DNA of 64,000 bases from Callorhinchus milii (taxonomy: Eukaryota). The notes under the pieces are model-generated. The model saw nothing but the letters and a program-made list of their open reading frames with translations. It ran no database searches and was not told the DNA's origin. The stretch lies in assembly GCF_018977255.1 (NCBI RefSeq), contig NW_024704742.1:18292001-18356000 (forward strand). Direction: 5' to 3'. The position numbers and the translations under genes were made by a program. This document shows, in pieces, positions 36,653 to 50,567 of the stretch (positions are counted from its first letter, which is position 1; each line of letters starts with the position of its first letter).

Positions 36653-37939
36653 TATTATTAATATTATTTCATTGAGTATTTACAATTTGTTCAGGCGAAA
36701 ACTATTCTGTTCCTGGTTTGTGTAATATTAGAGGGCTGTGGCTGCTTCTGGAAACCTAGTTTAGCATAAACCCCTTACTCCAGGAGAGACATATAATAGG
36801 AGAAAATCAAGACAAAAGATAAGGCTTTTCATTTCAAATCTCCATACTTTAAATACTTTATCAGATGCATTCTAAATGTCTACTGAGACTCATAAGACAC
36901 TTCAAATCAGCTTTAGAAATGTAGCTAAAATGGATTTAACCTCCTATTTTCTGTAATCTATTTTCTAAATTCTCACCAAAAGATAATTTTCCTTTCATCC
37001 AACATGGCATCTGCAGCAGCTTGCTCTCACAGAATGCTTTTAACAAGATGGCTAAATCTGAAAATGTAACAGGTGTAAAATTGATTATTGATTTCTTTGG
37101 ATCCTCAAAAGTAAGAACTTGGATTTTGGAAAACTCACCAACATTATGTTTGTTTTTCTTTTCAAAGCATAAAATATTATAAATATAATCCATTGATCAT
37201 GATGTTGGGATTGATCTTTCATCTTTCTTCTCTCTCAGATAAAAGGTGCGTTATTACTGTAATATCTTTGTCAGCTTGAGTCACCCCTATTCTGCCACGA
37301 TTTGTTGTAGGAGACAGCATACATTATGTATTGCTTCAAAATACGATGTTATCACTGAAGAGAAAACCTTTCATGTTTTAGTATTGTCAGAATGAAGCTT
37401 GACATGAAAGACCTGCAGCCAAAAACACTTGCTTAGCACACAATGCATTGCAGGCCCAGTTCTGAGGAGCTAAAATATGAATAAAGGTTATCTGCTTTGC
37501 TGGGAAGATACTAATTATATTCAACGAAGCATTACACTCACACAACACTCTTTCGATATGCCCTCCAAAAGTAGTCTTTCCAAATATTTAGTTACCCTGC
37601 AATTCTCAAATAGTCAACATAAAATAATTTTTGATTATTTTGAAGTTAATGCAATTTTTAAAAAAAGAGACTAAGAAAGGGAAGAGGCCAAAGGGAAATA
37701 GTGGAGGAGGAAACAACTGGACAGGAAAAGGAAAGCCTTCGAAACTGAAGAAGAAAAAGCAGAGTGTTTTGTAGAAGGAACCGAGGGAGATTCACCATAA
37801 TATACAAGATAGAACACCTCAGATCAGGGATCATTACAATCCTTATTTGCAGGAATAGTCAAATACATTCCACCCAGGAGGTTTTGATGCTAATGAGGAT
37901 GCACAAGGCAATGCAGTCACACTGGTGAGTATGAAACAA

Positions 37940-38545
37940 ATGGTGCCTTGGCCTTCATATCCAGAGGGATAGAATGTAAAAGTGAGGAGGTGATGTTGAA
38001 TTCATACAAAATGTTGGTTAGACCAAATTTTGAGTATTGTGTCCAATTCTGGTCTTCATACTATTAAAAGGATATAACAGTGATAGGAAGAGTATAATGT
38101 AGGTTTACAAGGATGATACCTAGGCTGGCAGGTTACTGCCATCAGGATAGAATGAATAGTTTTGTCACGAGAAAAGAGATGTTTAAGGGGAACAAATAGA
38201 AGTTTTTCACATTGTGAAAGGGTCGATAAGGTTAACATAAATAGGCTGTTTTCACTGGTTGGGAGACACAATTCTAAGATAGTGACTAGAGGATCTAAAA
38301 GAGAATTTAGGAGGAACTAATTTACGCAGAAGTTAGTGAAATTGTGGAACTTGCTGCCTAAAGCGGTGGTTGAATCGGATAATATAGATGCATTCCAGAG
38401 GAAGCTAGACCTTCACATGGGGGAGAGGGTAATAGAAGGATATGGGAAGGAGTAAGGCAATAAGTGGAGACTCATAAGGACTATAAACACGATAGGAACT
38501 AGTTGGGCCGAGTGGCCTGATTCTATGCTGTACCTTCTTTGTAAA
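37940..38545 (+). mobile_element. Degraded CR1 3' fragment
   Basis: Recognisable KMLVRP.FEYCVQFWS-type segment and 3'UTR ttgggccgagtggcctg. Confidence 0.8.
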
Positions 38546-38669
38546 TCTTAGTAAACACAAAGGTTAAACAAGTGCACATATCATAGTAAACTTGAAAAGT
38601 ATCAAAATATATATTGCTAAAATAACACGATATAAGAAGTACCTTAATATATTGGGCTATATTGGGCGT

Positions 38670-38983
38670 GAAGTCCTGTAGCTCAGTGGTTAGAGCATTT
38701 GCTTTGCAAGTGAGAGACCTGAGTTCAATTCCAGGCAGGGCGAAACCTGGGGCAAGTTTCTTTACTCCACACGCCTAATAATATTCCCTCCAAAACAAAA
38801 CAATAATAAATTGGTCATTTTCAATCTACGACTGTTTGTTGGACACTGCTGTGTGCAATTGGCTGCCGCGTTTCGCCCACAAATATACAGTCAATTCACT
38901 TTACAGTATATTCTGTGAAGCGCTTTGAGACGTCGAGAAGACGTGAAAAGCGCTCTCAAATGCAAGGATTATTATTATTATAA
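38670..38983 (+). mobile_element. Short-variant SINE, full length
   Basis: Matches the family consensus. Confidence 0.92.
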
Positions 38984-40635
38984 TGTTTTATCAAACATAT
39001 GCTTTGCCAAACAAAAATATCCCCATAGATTCCAGGGCAAAACTAATAAAAAATGTCACTGTCCTGAAGTAAATTGCTAATTTCTAGTTTAATACTTATC
39101 TTCTGGATGTGTACATAAACATTCTCTAGCAGATACATCACAAACAGCCTTGTCCTATTCCATATGCGGTTTTGTATGTGTTCCTCCGTCACCTGAAGGT
39201 GATTTGGCCTCTCTGCCATAGTCGCTCCTGCACCACTGCCAAGATACCGATGCCCACCTCATTCCTACACCATGATCTCCTCCTCCACAGGAAGATAATG
39301 ATGCCATTAATAATAATCCTTGCATTTGATATAGCGCTTTTCACGTCGGGAGGACGTCCCAAAGTGCTTCACAGAACACACTGTAAAGTGAATTGACTGT
39401 ATATTTGTGGGCGAATGCGGCAACCAATTAATTAATTAAGATGAGCAAACTCATGCAGTTTTGATTGATCATGTCTCTATCTATCTCCTCTTCTCACCAT
39501 ATCCCTCAATGCCTTCTCTGTCAGGTAGTGGCACTACCTGTATGATTGCATGAGAGCAGGGAACAAGCAATTAGTCACTGCGCTTACCTGAGAAAATAAA
39601 CATTTGTATCTGATTTTCTACAAATCAAAGATATGCTCAGACACCAGTAAACAGAACTGGACAAATGGACTGAATTACGTGATTTAGTTGAGGATGTCTT
39701 CATATAATGCCTTAAAACAACAGAAGTCATGATTAAATAGGATGAACATAAAACCTCATAGTAATTGGTAAACTAAAGACGATTAAAAAATATAACAGCA
39801 ATGTATAAGCAGTATTGATATGATGGCATTTCAATAATAATAATAATAATAATAGAATTATGTGAGAGACTGGCACATTGATACCACTAACACATCATAA
39901 AAAGATTGAAATTCAAACTGTGTTGCTTTCAATCCTTGGCAAACTGAAACGTGAGCCAACCAGTGCATTCAATACAGAGTAACTGAAAATTAGTCTAGAC
40001 CCTCCATCTCACGTTTTTAAAAAAACATCTCTGAAATAGCTCACTATGAACTCAGCACAGATGAAAATAAACACGTAGACAAGAACATGTCAGTGCTGGT
40101 AACATACTACCTCATTTCGAGCATTTGTTATCGTGATCTGTTCTTGACCTTCCTTAGTTAACAAAATGGAAAGCTGACAGTAGTTTATGCTTTCCAGTGA
40201 TGTCACTTTTTCCATATTTTACCAGTTGGGCTTCACAGTACAGCTAATATATCTTACTTTAAACAAAATTAAAAAATATTTAAAACAGGGTAAATCATGT
40301 TCTGTTTTGTGAGATAAATGAAAGTCATACACAATTTCTATGAAAGTACCAGAAATAGACTATTGAAAAAAGTTGCTGTGAATATGTCAACTATAATTTG
40401 TATGGAACAGTAAACATGTCTATTTTTAGGAGTACAGTGTGCAGTTCCTTTGCAGCTGTTTCAAGATCAGAGTTGAGGAGGTTAAGGAATAATCTAATTG
40501 AGATCTTCAAACTGATAAAGTAAATAGCCACGGCAGACAGGAAGTGACTCTTTCCACTGAACACGAGGGTTATAATCTTAAAATCTCTGGAACTCTGCCT
40601 TATTCCCTCTTCCTTGGCCATTCTTTATCTATCAT

Positions 40636-41275
40636 GGAGTCCTATAGAATAGTGGTTAGTGCATTTGCCTCGCAAATGAGAAGACCCGGTTCAATTCCTG
40701 GAGCCCGGTGAAACCTTAGGCTAATTTCCTTATTCCATATGCCTCTGTTTATCTAATAGTAAGTAGAAACTTAGTTGTTAGTTGATTGGCGGATCATGGT
40801 AAAAATTCCTTCCAAAAATAAATGTAGTCACTCAATCCACGACTGTTTGTGGGACATTGCTGTGTGCAATTGGCTATCATGTTTCGCCCACTTTCAGTCA
40901 ATCCACTTTACAATATGTTTTGTGAAGCACTTTGAGACGTCTCAAGGATGTGAGGCGGCATTATATCAAATGCAAGGATTATTATTATCATCTTTAAATT
41001 CCACCTTAAGACATAACTCTTCGACCATACCTATGGTCAGCCCCCTCCCAACCTCTTCTCCCTTGCTCACTGGGTAATGCTCCATGACACTATCCTGCTT
41101 GAAGGGCACTATATAATTGCAAGTTGCTGTTGTAAAATTAAAGCTAAGATGGATAATAATAATAATAATAAACCTTGCATTTGATATAGCACTTTTCACG
41201 TCTTCTCGGCATCTCTATACGCTTCACAGAATAGACTATAAAGTGAATTGACCATATATTTGTGAGCGAAACGAA
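40636..41275. mobile_element. Cluster: long-variant SINE (+, 40636-40990), L2 tail (+, to ~41133) and SINE 3' part (-, 41152-41275)
   Basis: Similarity to other copies in the window. Confidence 0.8.
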
Positions 41276-43101
41276 TATAAGTGAATGCAGAAAGTAATTC
41301 TTCTCAAAAAGGCTATGAGAATATGGAACACACTGCACCAGAAGGTTATTGACGCCATGCTGATTGAGATGTTTAAAATGAGGATGCATACTTGGAAAGT
41401 GAGGGAAGTGTAGACAGATATGTAGAAATAGGAAGAAAAAGATTATAAAGAGTTGCCTTGAGCTAATAAAATGGAACAGTGAGAGGTTCACTGTTTTTGA
41501 GGATATTCTCCATGTCTTTTGCATAGCTAAAAGCTTTGTTTATATCCTTTTGAATGATTCAGGAAAGAATCAAAACTTGGGTAGACCAAGTAAATTAATT
41601 AACCATCAATCTTTCAGTAATGAAGAACAGTAAACTCACATTCAAAAAATGTTTCTAGAATTAAACACAAAACACAAAGTATATTCATATTGTAGTACAA
41701 TGTTTCATAATGTTTGTACAGGGGTCTAGTTTAATAATGTCCACTGGACTAAATGCTTATGTAATCATTTAATCGTAAACAAAATAAAGGAGATAAATGT
41801 AGCTGGGTGGAGAAATAGGTTTGTTCCAAATGGTCTAATCACTTTTCTGTGCTCTAATGTTTTGAAGTTCTCAGATCATTATCAAGGTTAAAAAATAAAT
41901 GGATGACTATGAAATGAGAATGTGAGCACTTTGGCAGTTCTTGATATTTATATGTTGTATTAAATTATTTCAGAATGCAAGAAAGATGACTGTAGGGACT
42001 GTAAAATCTAATAAATCCTAGTAAACAGTGAAAATTACACTGTGATTTGTAATTCTCCAGAAGTGGATGCTGTAACTAAGAATCAATATATATTGAACAA
42101 TATGTGAATACAGCAGTGAAAAGAGCAGGTAAGGTTCTAATGTAACTTAATGTAAAGTGATTTATTATTAATTTTCACCTGTTTAAAAATGGTGATTACA
42201 GGTAATTCTGTGAAGTGCATTGAGACGTCCTCCTGACTTGAATGGTGCTAAATCAAATGTAAACATTATTATATTTTATGATTTTATAAACAAGGAATTG
42301 GTTTTATTATTGAGTCATGAGTTAGTAGTGAGATCAAAAAATGGTGGTTCACAATGGGTTTTACAAATGGATACTAACTGTCACAAAAAGAGAATCCTGC
42401 CAATAACTAATAGTATGACACAAACAACTGGATGAACTTTGCAATCTATTTCTAGCACTTCAGAGTAGGCATTGTGTGAGATGACACTTGCTATTTGTGT
42501 ATCTGCGAGTTGTTTTAGTAAATCCCATTACCAAACTACCACTTATTGACCCCATTGTGAAATTTCCATATGTTCCTCAATATTTGTAAATTAGACATGT
42601 GGGACATTTTGAACCAAGTGCTGCAAAGTGCATGAAATTAATAATTCTGCTCTTTTGTGATTTGTGTAACAGTTGATGTTGCGTATAAAATGTCATATGC
42701 TAGTTCATTTCCTCTCCAACGTAAAAGCTTCTATCATGCCCTTTTGAGAATTGTTAGACTGAGTCACATTTGAAAGCCGTGTTCACTGTGACGTTCTCTC
42801 TTTTTATCAGTGCTGTGCTGTGTGCTAGCAGCTAAAACTGCTTGTCTTCTCTTGAGACTGCATTGATGAATGGCCAATCCAGCAGATCATCATGAAAGTG
42901 AATTTGGTTGCAATGAAACTATTTAAATTCATGACATGCCTTGCAGAGAAGTTAAGTGTGAAAAATCAGCTCTGTAAAAAAGTAGATAATAGGACAGGCT
43001 ATATTTAGTCTTGGTAAATTCACTATCCTGCATTCATTTGATCACAGCACACAAAAAAGGCCTTTGACTCTGAACTGAGGGATATGTTTTTCTATATATA
43101 A

Positions 43102-43462
43102 TATAATAATAATCCTTGCATTTGACATAGCGCCTTTGAGATGTCTCAAAGTGCTTCACAGAATATACAGTAAAGTGAATTGACTGTATCTTGTGGTTAA
43201 AACACGGCAGCCAATTGCTCACAGTAGTGCCCCACAGATAGTCCTGAATTGAGTAACCAAATCATTTTCATTTATTTTTGAAGGAATTATTACCCCCGAA
43301 AAAGCGATCTGCCAATTGAATAACAACCGGGTTCCTACTTACTGCTAGGTAAACCGAGATATGTGGAGTAAAGAAACTTGCCCAACGTTTTGCCCTGCCG
43401 GGAATCGAACCCTGTCCTCTCGCTCGAGAGGCGAGTGCTTTAACCACTCAGCTACAGAATCC
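43102..43462 (-). mobile_element. Long-variant SINE, full length
   Basis: Head, core, Deu-like part and tail all present. Confidence 0.9.
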
Positions 43463-43721
43463 ATACAAATGTGAAAGCAATAATAAAACATTTTAAATGT
43501 GGTGCTCTTCTGTGGGATTGTAGCCCTGGTAAATCAAAGATTATTTCGATCAATTGTCAGATACGAACATAAGAATGTGCAGAACAAGAATATGCCATTC
43601 AGCTCTTTCCACATACTCTCTCAACAACCAATAATGCTGGGATAGAAATGTAGGGCTCAGACAATATGAATTGCATTGGAGACAAACCTTGAAACTGCCT
43701 GGAGGAGATAGTTTCAAGAAA

Positions 43722-44056
43722 ATAATAATATTTGATATAGTGCCTTATTATGTCTTCGAAACGTTTCAAAGTTGCTTCGCAGAATATACTATAAAGTGAA
43801 TTGATTGTATATTTTGTGGGCAAAACGCAGCAGCTAATAGCACACACTAGTGTCCCACAATCAGTCGTGGATTGAGTGACCAATTTTTCTTTTAAAGATT
43901 TATTACCCACGGAAAAGTGATCCACCAATCGACTAACAACCAACTTCCTAGTTATTGCTAGATAAACAGAGACGTGTGGAGTAAGGAAACTTGCCCAATG
44001 GATCACCCTGCCGGGAATCGAACCCAGGTCTCTCACTTGTGAGGTGAGCGCTCTAA
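43722..44056 (-). mobile_element. Long-variant SINE
   Basis: Matches the family consensus. Confidence 0.88.
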
Positions 44057-44587
44057 AATATATTTCTTCCACTATAGTTTCGGTCATTTTTTCTCTCCCT
44101 ATCATCCTCAGTTCTCACCCCAGTTCGGGTACCCATCCTGTATTCTAAAATGCTTTGAGACATCCTCTCAATATGAAAAGCATTGTAAAATATAAATTCT
44201 ATTGTACTTTTAATGTTCAGGAAATAAAAGATTTTGCTCGAAAAAATAATAAATTTTGATCCAGAAGCTAAATTTTTCACTGTATTTGCAAAACTATTCT
44301 TTGAACAGTAATTGTAGATTCAGCTGTAGATGTGTAAAACATTCAGGAAAACAAAGCATGTATTGGGGACATGTAGTTCAGTCTTTTTGCATTATTGCAG
44401 TTTGATGTACATTGTGTAGGAAAATAAATCTCAAATACTTTGCAGTTTGGGTTATATTACACTGAAATATTCAGCGCCGATTGTTTAGTTCATGAGAAGA
44501 CATATAATAAAATCCATGTATTGTAATATTTGTACTGGTTGATTTCATTTTATTATCAGATAATAAGAGAGAAGAGAGAGAGAAGTA

Positions 44588-44740
44588 GATGGGTATTTGG
44601 GGAGGACAGGATTGCAGGACTATGGAGAGAAAACGAGCCAGTGGGATTGAGTTGGATTGCTCTTTTTGGAGCCAGCGCAGACACAATGGCCCGAATAGCC
44701 TCTTTCTGTGCTTTATGATTCTATGATTCTATGATTCTAT
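44588..44740 (+). mobile_element. CR1 3'UTR fragment with a (GATTCTAT)3 tail
   Basis: Matches the 3' end of the CR1 at 2880-3043. Confidence 0.85.
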
Positions 44741-47409
44741 AATAACAGATATTAGTACCATCCCAATCTCACCGATTCTAATTAGTAGCAGTGTTGAATT
44801 TGTTAGGCAAGACAAGAAGATGTGTGAAATGCTACATGGATAATGCTGTTGTTAAGTCTCTATGTCATCCAGAGTGCAACCACTCAAGGTGGATTTCAAG
44901 CCCAGGATATATGAACACGTGTTCAGAAACTCAGACTCCACATAACGCCTTCCATCAGCTGTTTCCCCAAGCCTTAGAGTTTCTTCATCGGCTATCTGAT
45001 GGTCATCTGCCTTCAGCGTATCGGGAGGGCTTTTATAGCACATCATCTGAATAATATTTAAATTCACAAAAATTTATTTTGATGCACCAGCAATTTTACT
45101 TACTTTATTTTCAGTTTCTGTTCTGGGCCAATAGATTACATTTTGTAGCTTAAGTCAACTGGCATATGTAGTGCACAGATTTCTTCCATATACATGGGTT
45201 AACTACCTTCCTGTGAGGCATCAACAACTGAAAAGACATTGATCAGCTGTGTATGGACATTGAACACCAGGAAACCCAGAACTGCAAACATAGCAAATTG
45301 TACCTAATAACTGTGACTTAGGTTTTTGCAGAATTAGTGCCGTAAAACAAAAAATGCTGGTTAACACCTAAAACAAAATAACAACAACCGAGCACCTTGT
45401 TTGTGCCAGGATTAGACACCGCGATAATCATTGCATTGCTTCAGTTCCACTCTCTGCATACTGGAATAAACCTCTACTGATAAACAGTTGGGCTATTTAA
45501 ATATTTACCAATGTCTCAGAACATGAAAGACATACATACTATAAATAGAATGCAGCATAGAAAGCTGTTGAGTATTACCTAGAGAAAACAGACCACTTTT
45601 CGAATAGCTTTCTCATCTGTCCAGAATTCCTTGTGTCCCTACTTACTGGCCTTGAAATTGCATAAAAAGCCGAATTGAAATTTTACTTCTCATTTAAATA
45701 AAAATACTTTTTGGTGGGTAACAAAACAGAGATTTCCTACAATGATTAGTTTTTTCTCTAGCATAGATAGAATAAACCTTTAGGGCTTTTGTACCCATTC
45801 ATACTCTGATGCAAATGATTGAGGGCGTGTTTGCATTACCACATGCACTACCACATTTCTTTGAGGGACCATACATGCTAGCCAACCTTAATAATGATGT
45901 AGGAAAAGTACTCATCAGGAAAACAGCAGGATAGTGGCATTTTGCAACAGAAAAAACAACCTCAAACCTTCTCCATGAAACCCACATACATCACACCAAT
46001 TCAGGAGAACTCAATTTAAAAGCAAACTCAGGTCAAAGTCAAGATCTTATGGGATATGAAACATAAGGGTGATAATATCAAATATGCACTTTACATCCAG
46101 AGGTTTGTTTTCTGGTGTGAGGCATTATTTATGCTGCTATTTTCTAGAGAAGTACTTGCATTCTGAGCTAACTGTGAATCAATGAATAGAACAAGATCTT
46201 CTGCCAGGTCTCTAACGTTGAACATGGACTGATTTGCTATTAATATGATCAGTTTATTCTGAGACGAATATCGTTCTTTTGCTGATTTTATTCCTACGTT
46301 CTTATGTATAAGATTCTATTTATCAAGTATAGTTGCAAATAATCCTTGCATTTTATATGGTGCCTAATCACAAAGTCTCAAAATGCTTCACAAGGTTTTA
46401 GTATGAAGTACAATGACTCTATATTTGTGGGCAAATGCGGGAAGCCATTTATGCACAGCAATGTCTCACAAACCACTGTGAAGTGAATAACAACAACAAA
46501 TTACATTTGAATAGCACCTTTTACATTGGCAGGACCTCCCAAGGTGCTGGACTGTCAGGGATTTGGACATGAACAGGGGTTTGGGATCAGGAGGGGTGGA
46601 GGGTAGGGGTAGGAGAGTGATCAAGAGTGTGGGTCTTGAGACGTGCCTTGAAGGAGGCAAGGGAGGGGGTAAGGCGAAGGGACTGTGGGCTGAAGTTCCA
46701 AAGGGTGGGAGCAGCGAGACTAAAGACTTGACTGCTGATGGTGAGGTGGGCCGGGTGGGGGATGTGGAACAGGCCGGAGTCTACTGAGCGGAGGGAGTGG
46801 TTAGGTTGATATGGTGTTAGCAGGTCACAGAGGTAGGAAGCAGCAAGGCCTTGGAGGGCTTTGAAGGCAATGATGAGGATTTTGAACTATCCTCTGAGGG
46901 ATGGGGAACCAGTGGAGCTGGGCATGGGAAGGGGTGATAGGGTCAAGGAGCCTGGTGCGGGAGAGGACACAAGCTGCAGAGTTCTGGAAGATCTGCAGCT
47001 TGTGGAGGGAAGAGTTGGGAAAGCCAACAAGCAGGAAGTTGGCGAAGTTGAGCCTAGATGTAATAGATGTGGACGAGAGTCTCAGCGGCTTGACGGGAGA
47101 GGCAGTGGTGGAGCCGGGCGATGGTGTGGCTGTTTTTAAGGAGGTGGGAATGGTGCCAGTGGACAAGGAAAGGTTAATGATGTCTGTGGTAGAGGGGCAA
47201 GAGGTGGAGCTGGGAGTTAAGGAGAGTGATAGGGATGGGCTTGAGGGAGCAGGCAGTTTCATATGGGTCATAATGCTGGTGAGAGAGGACACGTAGACAA
47301 GTTCGAAGGTGTGGAGGGAGGGATGGGGAGGGGCTGCAGTGTGAGGGGGAGGAGGGAGGTGGTAGCAGTTGGAAGGGCAGATGCAGCTGATCAGATCCCC
47401 TCAATTTTT

Positions 47410-47508
47410 GAAACGAAAACTGAGAGCTGGGAAAACTCAGCAGGTCAGGCAGCATCTATAGAGAAAGGAAACTGAGTCCATGACCCCTCGTCAGAATGCC
47501 GTGTTTTG
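47410..47508. mobile_element. Penelope-like terminal-repeat fragment with a 14-bp flanking duplication
   Basis: gctgggaaaactcagcaggtcaggcagcatct resembles, from memory, chondrichthyan PLE termini. TCCCCTCAATTTTT at 47396-47409 and 47509-47522. Confidence 0.6.
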
Positions 47509-47766
47509 TCCCCTCAATTTTTATCTTGATTTAGCATCTCCTCGCAGTTGGAGGAGAGGATGGGCGAGGCATGAGAGAGTGGGTGGGTATTCAAGACTGA
47601 GAGAGCTGGGAAAACTCAGCAGGTCAGGCAGTATCCATAGAGAAAGGAAACTGAGTCCATGACCCCTCGTCAGAATGCCGTGTTTTGTCCCCTCAATTTT
47701 TATCTTGATTTAGCATCTCCTCGCAGTTGGACGAGAGGATGAGCGAGGCATGAGAGGGTGGGTGGA
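47419..47766. repeat. Tandem duplication, period ~180 bp
   Basis: 47419-47586 versus 47596-47766, few mismatches. Confidence 0.92.
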
Positions 47767-49071
47767 GGAGCCGGTAAGTGGTGGAGAAGAGGAACCTGTG
47801 GTTGTCCTTGGCCTCAAAGATTATCTTGGAGAGAAGAACGAGGGATTTGGGGAGAATGGGAGGGATTTGGGGCAAGGTCTGAGAGAAAACCCTTCTCCTT
47901 TCTCTAAGTGCCGTGGGATCTTTATTGTCCACCTAATCAGGCAGATGGAGCCTTAGTTTAATGTCTCATCTGAAAGACGGTACCATCAACAATGCAGTGG
48001 ACTCACTACATGGCATGGTTATCCTAGACTGATATCAAAATCTGCATGTGGGGCTACCACCTGCAATTGTTTGACTCATAGGCAAATATGCTATCAAGTG
48101 GAATATCCAGGAACACAACAACAACTACTTCAACAACTTGCATTTATGCAGTGCCCTTCATGTGGGATAGTGTCTCAGAGCACTTGACGCAAAGATCATG
48201 GTTTATATTTTCTATTAAAAGGAATTGTATGACCTTGTTGGAAGCATCTTCTGTATTTGCAATCTTTGAATTGGAAAATATTCTCTCCCATGACCTCTAC
48301 TGGCATGGTATTTCACAACCTGTCAGCACTGGGTCTATAAACCAGAGATGCTGCATTATAGTGCAAGACCTGAATAAACACTTTCCTTTCAGTGTTCTTA
48401 TCTACAAATATGCAGGTTTTCCAATAATATAGCTGTTCAACCTAAGTTTAATTATTGTCAGTTCCTCGTCGCTACAGTACTAAGCCATTAAGGGACCAAT
48501 TAAAGATACCATTCAGAGATAGCTTAATGGAGCTGAATTGTACTTTTTTGGACTACCTGATAACATCGTTCTGACAGTGTCCCATGCTGGAAGTCATTCC
48601 ATCACATTATTCAAATTTTAAAACATTCTTGTAGGAAATAAATTAATTCCAAGATAGTTACTTTGACAGTGAACATGGTGATTACTCTGAATAAACCCAG
48701 ACATTTCTAAATTATTTTGACAGGCATTTCTAAAATTTTTTTTTGTCCGTTGGGGATCAGTATATGAAAATATGTTTTGGATTGATTGGTGATGATTTTC
48801 CATGTACATGAATAAATAATGCATCAAGAATAAAGGCATGAAAATGCCATTCATGTTATGTGCTCCCAAATTCCTGTGCAATAAACTGAAGGATAAACAG
48901 CATTTGTGGGATAATATGAATGAATATAAATTGCACTGATAGATTGTTGTTTTCAAATCATTGAGGTCCACCTTTTTTTTACTTTGCAAGAGTAGCTTCT
49001 TGGCACGAAAGCTGCATCGATGTAAAGGTATCGATGGACTTTCTGTCCGGAGAATTTTATTTTTTACACAG

Positions 49072-49305
49072 ACAACAACAAATTACATTTGCATAGCACC
49101 TTTCATGTCAGGAGGACATCCCAAGGTGCTGGACAGTCAGGGATCCACACCCTAGCTGGTGGTTGAGATCAGGATGGGTGGAGGGCGGGACGGGTAGGAA
49201 TAGGAGGTGACCGAACACACAGTTGAAGAGGAGGGTCTTGAGACGGGTCTTGAAGGAGGCAAAGGAGGGGTGAGGCGGGGAGACTGTGGGATGGAGTTCC
49301 AGACA
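49072..49305 (-). mobile_element. L2 3' tail fragment
   Basis: Matches the L2 at 23412-23630. Confidence 0.8.
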
Positions 49306-50371
49306 CAGTTATATTCCCTGCATGGATTGATGACTGATTTATTAAGTTTGCATAGATGTTTTCAGACAAACTTTGAATCGTTTTACTCAACATGAGTCCA
49401 TCTCCTGTGAGCTGGTGATAAAGGTTTGGCGCATTGAGCGACGTGCAGAGATCTGTGTGGCTCTTTGACAGTGTGGACCCCTAGAGGAAGGTGCCATTCA
49501 GGGAAAACAAGGTAGCACTATGACATTTTAGGTGTAGATCCTTTTATCTATAAATAGCGAAGCTGCTGTTTATCAAACATTAATATGAAACAGTCTTTTT
49601 TGAACATTAAATTTAAACGTTCACCACTTTAAAGATTTATACAGGGAGTGGTAAGTACCATCAGATTAATGTTTAAAATTGTGTTTGCTCTTCCCATTTT
49701 GAATCTAACAGTGACATTAAAAGTAAAAAGGCAACGTTCAAAGTACACTAAGTGGGTGCTCTATATCTCCAAGGGAAAGTTGAACTTTTCTTCAAATGGA
49801 ATAATTGGATTTCATTTTCAAATGCTGTATGAAATTATTCTCACTTTAGGCAGCATCTAAAATGATGATTTTTTTAACCTTCATAATTTCAACATATTAT
49901 TGGTTTTGCAATTGGTGATGCCAACACTGTTTTTTCTCTTCTGTTCACTGGGAGATTCAAAGGGGAAGTATGATAAAGAGCTGGTGTGAATGTTATATTT
50001 GTATTAGAATAGCTCAGTTCAAAGCAGAGTCAGAACTGGCTTAGCATTTCTTAAAATGTGCTCAAAGTAAAAAAAAAAGGTTTTTTTTCTTTTTATGCAG
50101 AATCACTTAGTGGAACGAAATTCCCCTGTGATATAAATAACAGAATGTGCTTCCGAGGTTGGGGTTGAAGGATACTATATCCTGCTTATAGATATGGAGA
50201 AATACCCTGCAACTGACCATCATCAACAACAACAAATTATAATTTTATAACACCTTTCACGTCGGGAAGATATCCCAAGGTGCAGTGACCCAATTTGGTC
50301 CCGAGCCGGGTGTTAGAATCAGAAGGGGTGGAGGGCAGGGAGGGTAGGGGGTAGGAGGATATACTGTTTAT

Positions 50372-50567
50372 ATTTTGATTTTGAATGGATTATTACCTCT
50401 GGAAAAGCGATCCATCAATCGACTAACAACCAGGTTCCTATTTACTGCTAGGTAAACCGAGGCGTGTCGAGAAAGGAAACTTGCCTAATGTTTTGGTCTG
50501 CTTGGGAATCAAACCCAGGTCCTTGCTCTTGCGAGGCGAGTGTCTAACCACTGAGCTACAGGATTCC
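50372..50567 (-). mobile_element. Long-variant SINE, 5' half
   Basis: Head and core segment. Confidence 0.85.

Larger units (their letters stand above)
46490..47870 (-). mobile_element. Degraded L2 fragment containing a Penelope-like insert and a tandem duplication
   Basis: IINLSLSTGTIPTSLKTA, SRLNFANFLL and LHWFPI motifs; (GTT)n tail at ~46490. Confidence 0.88.
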
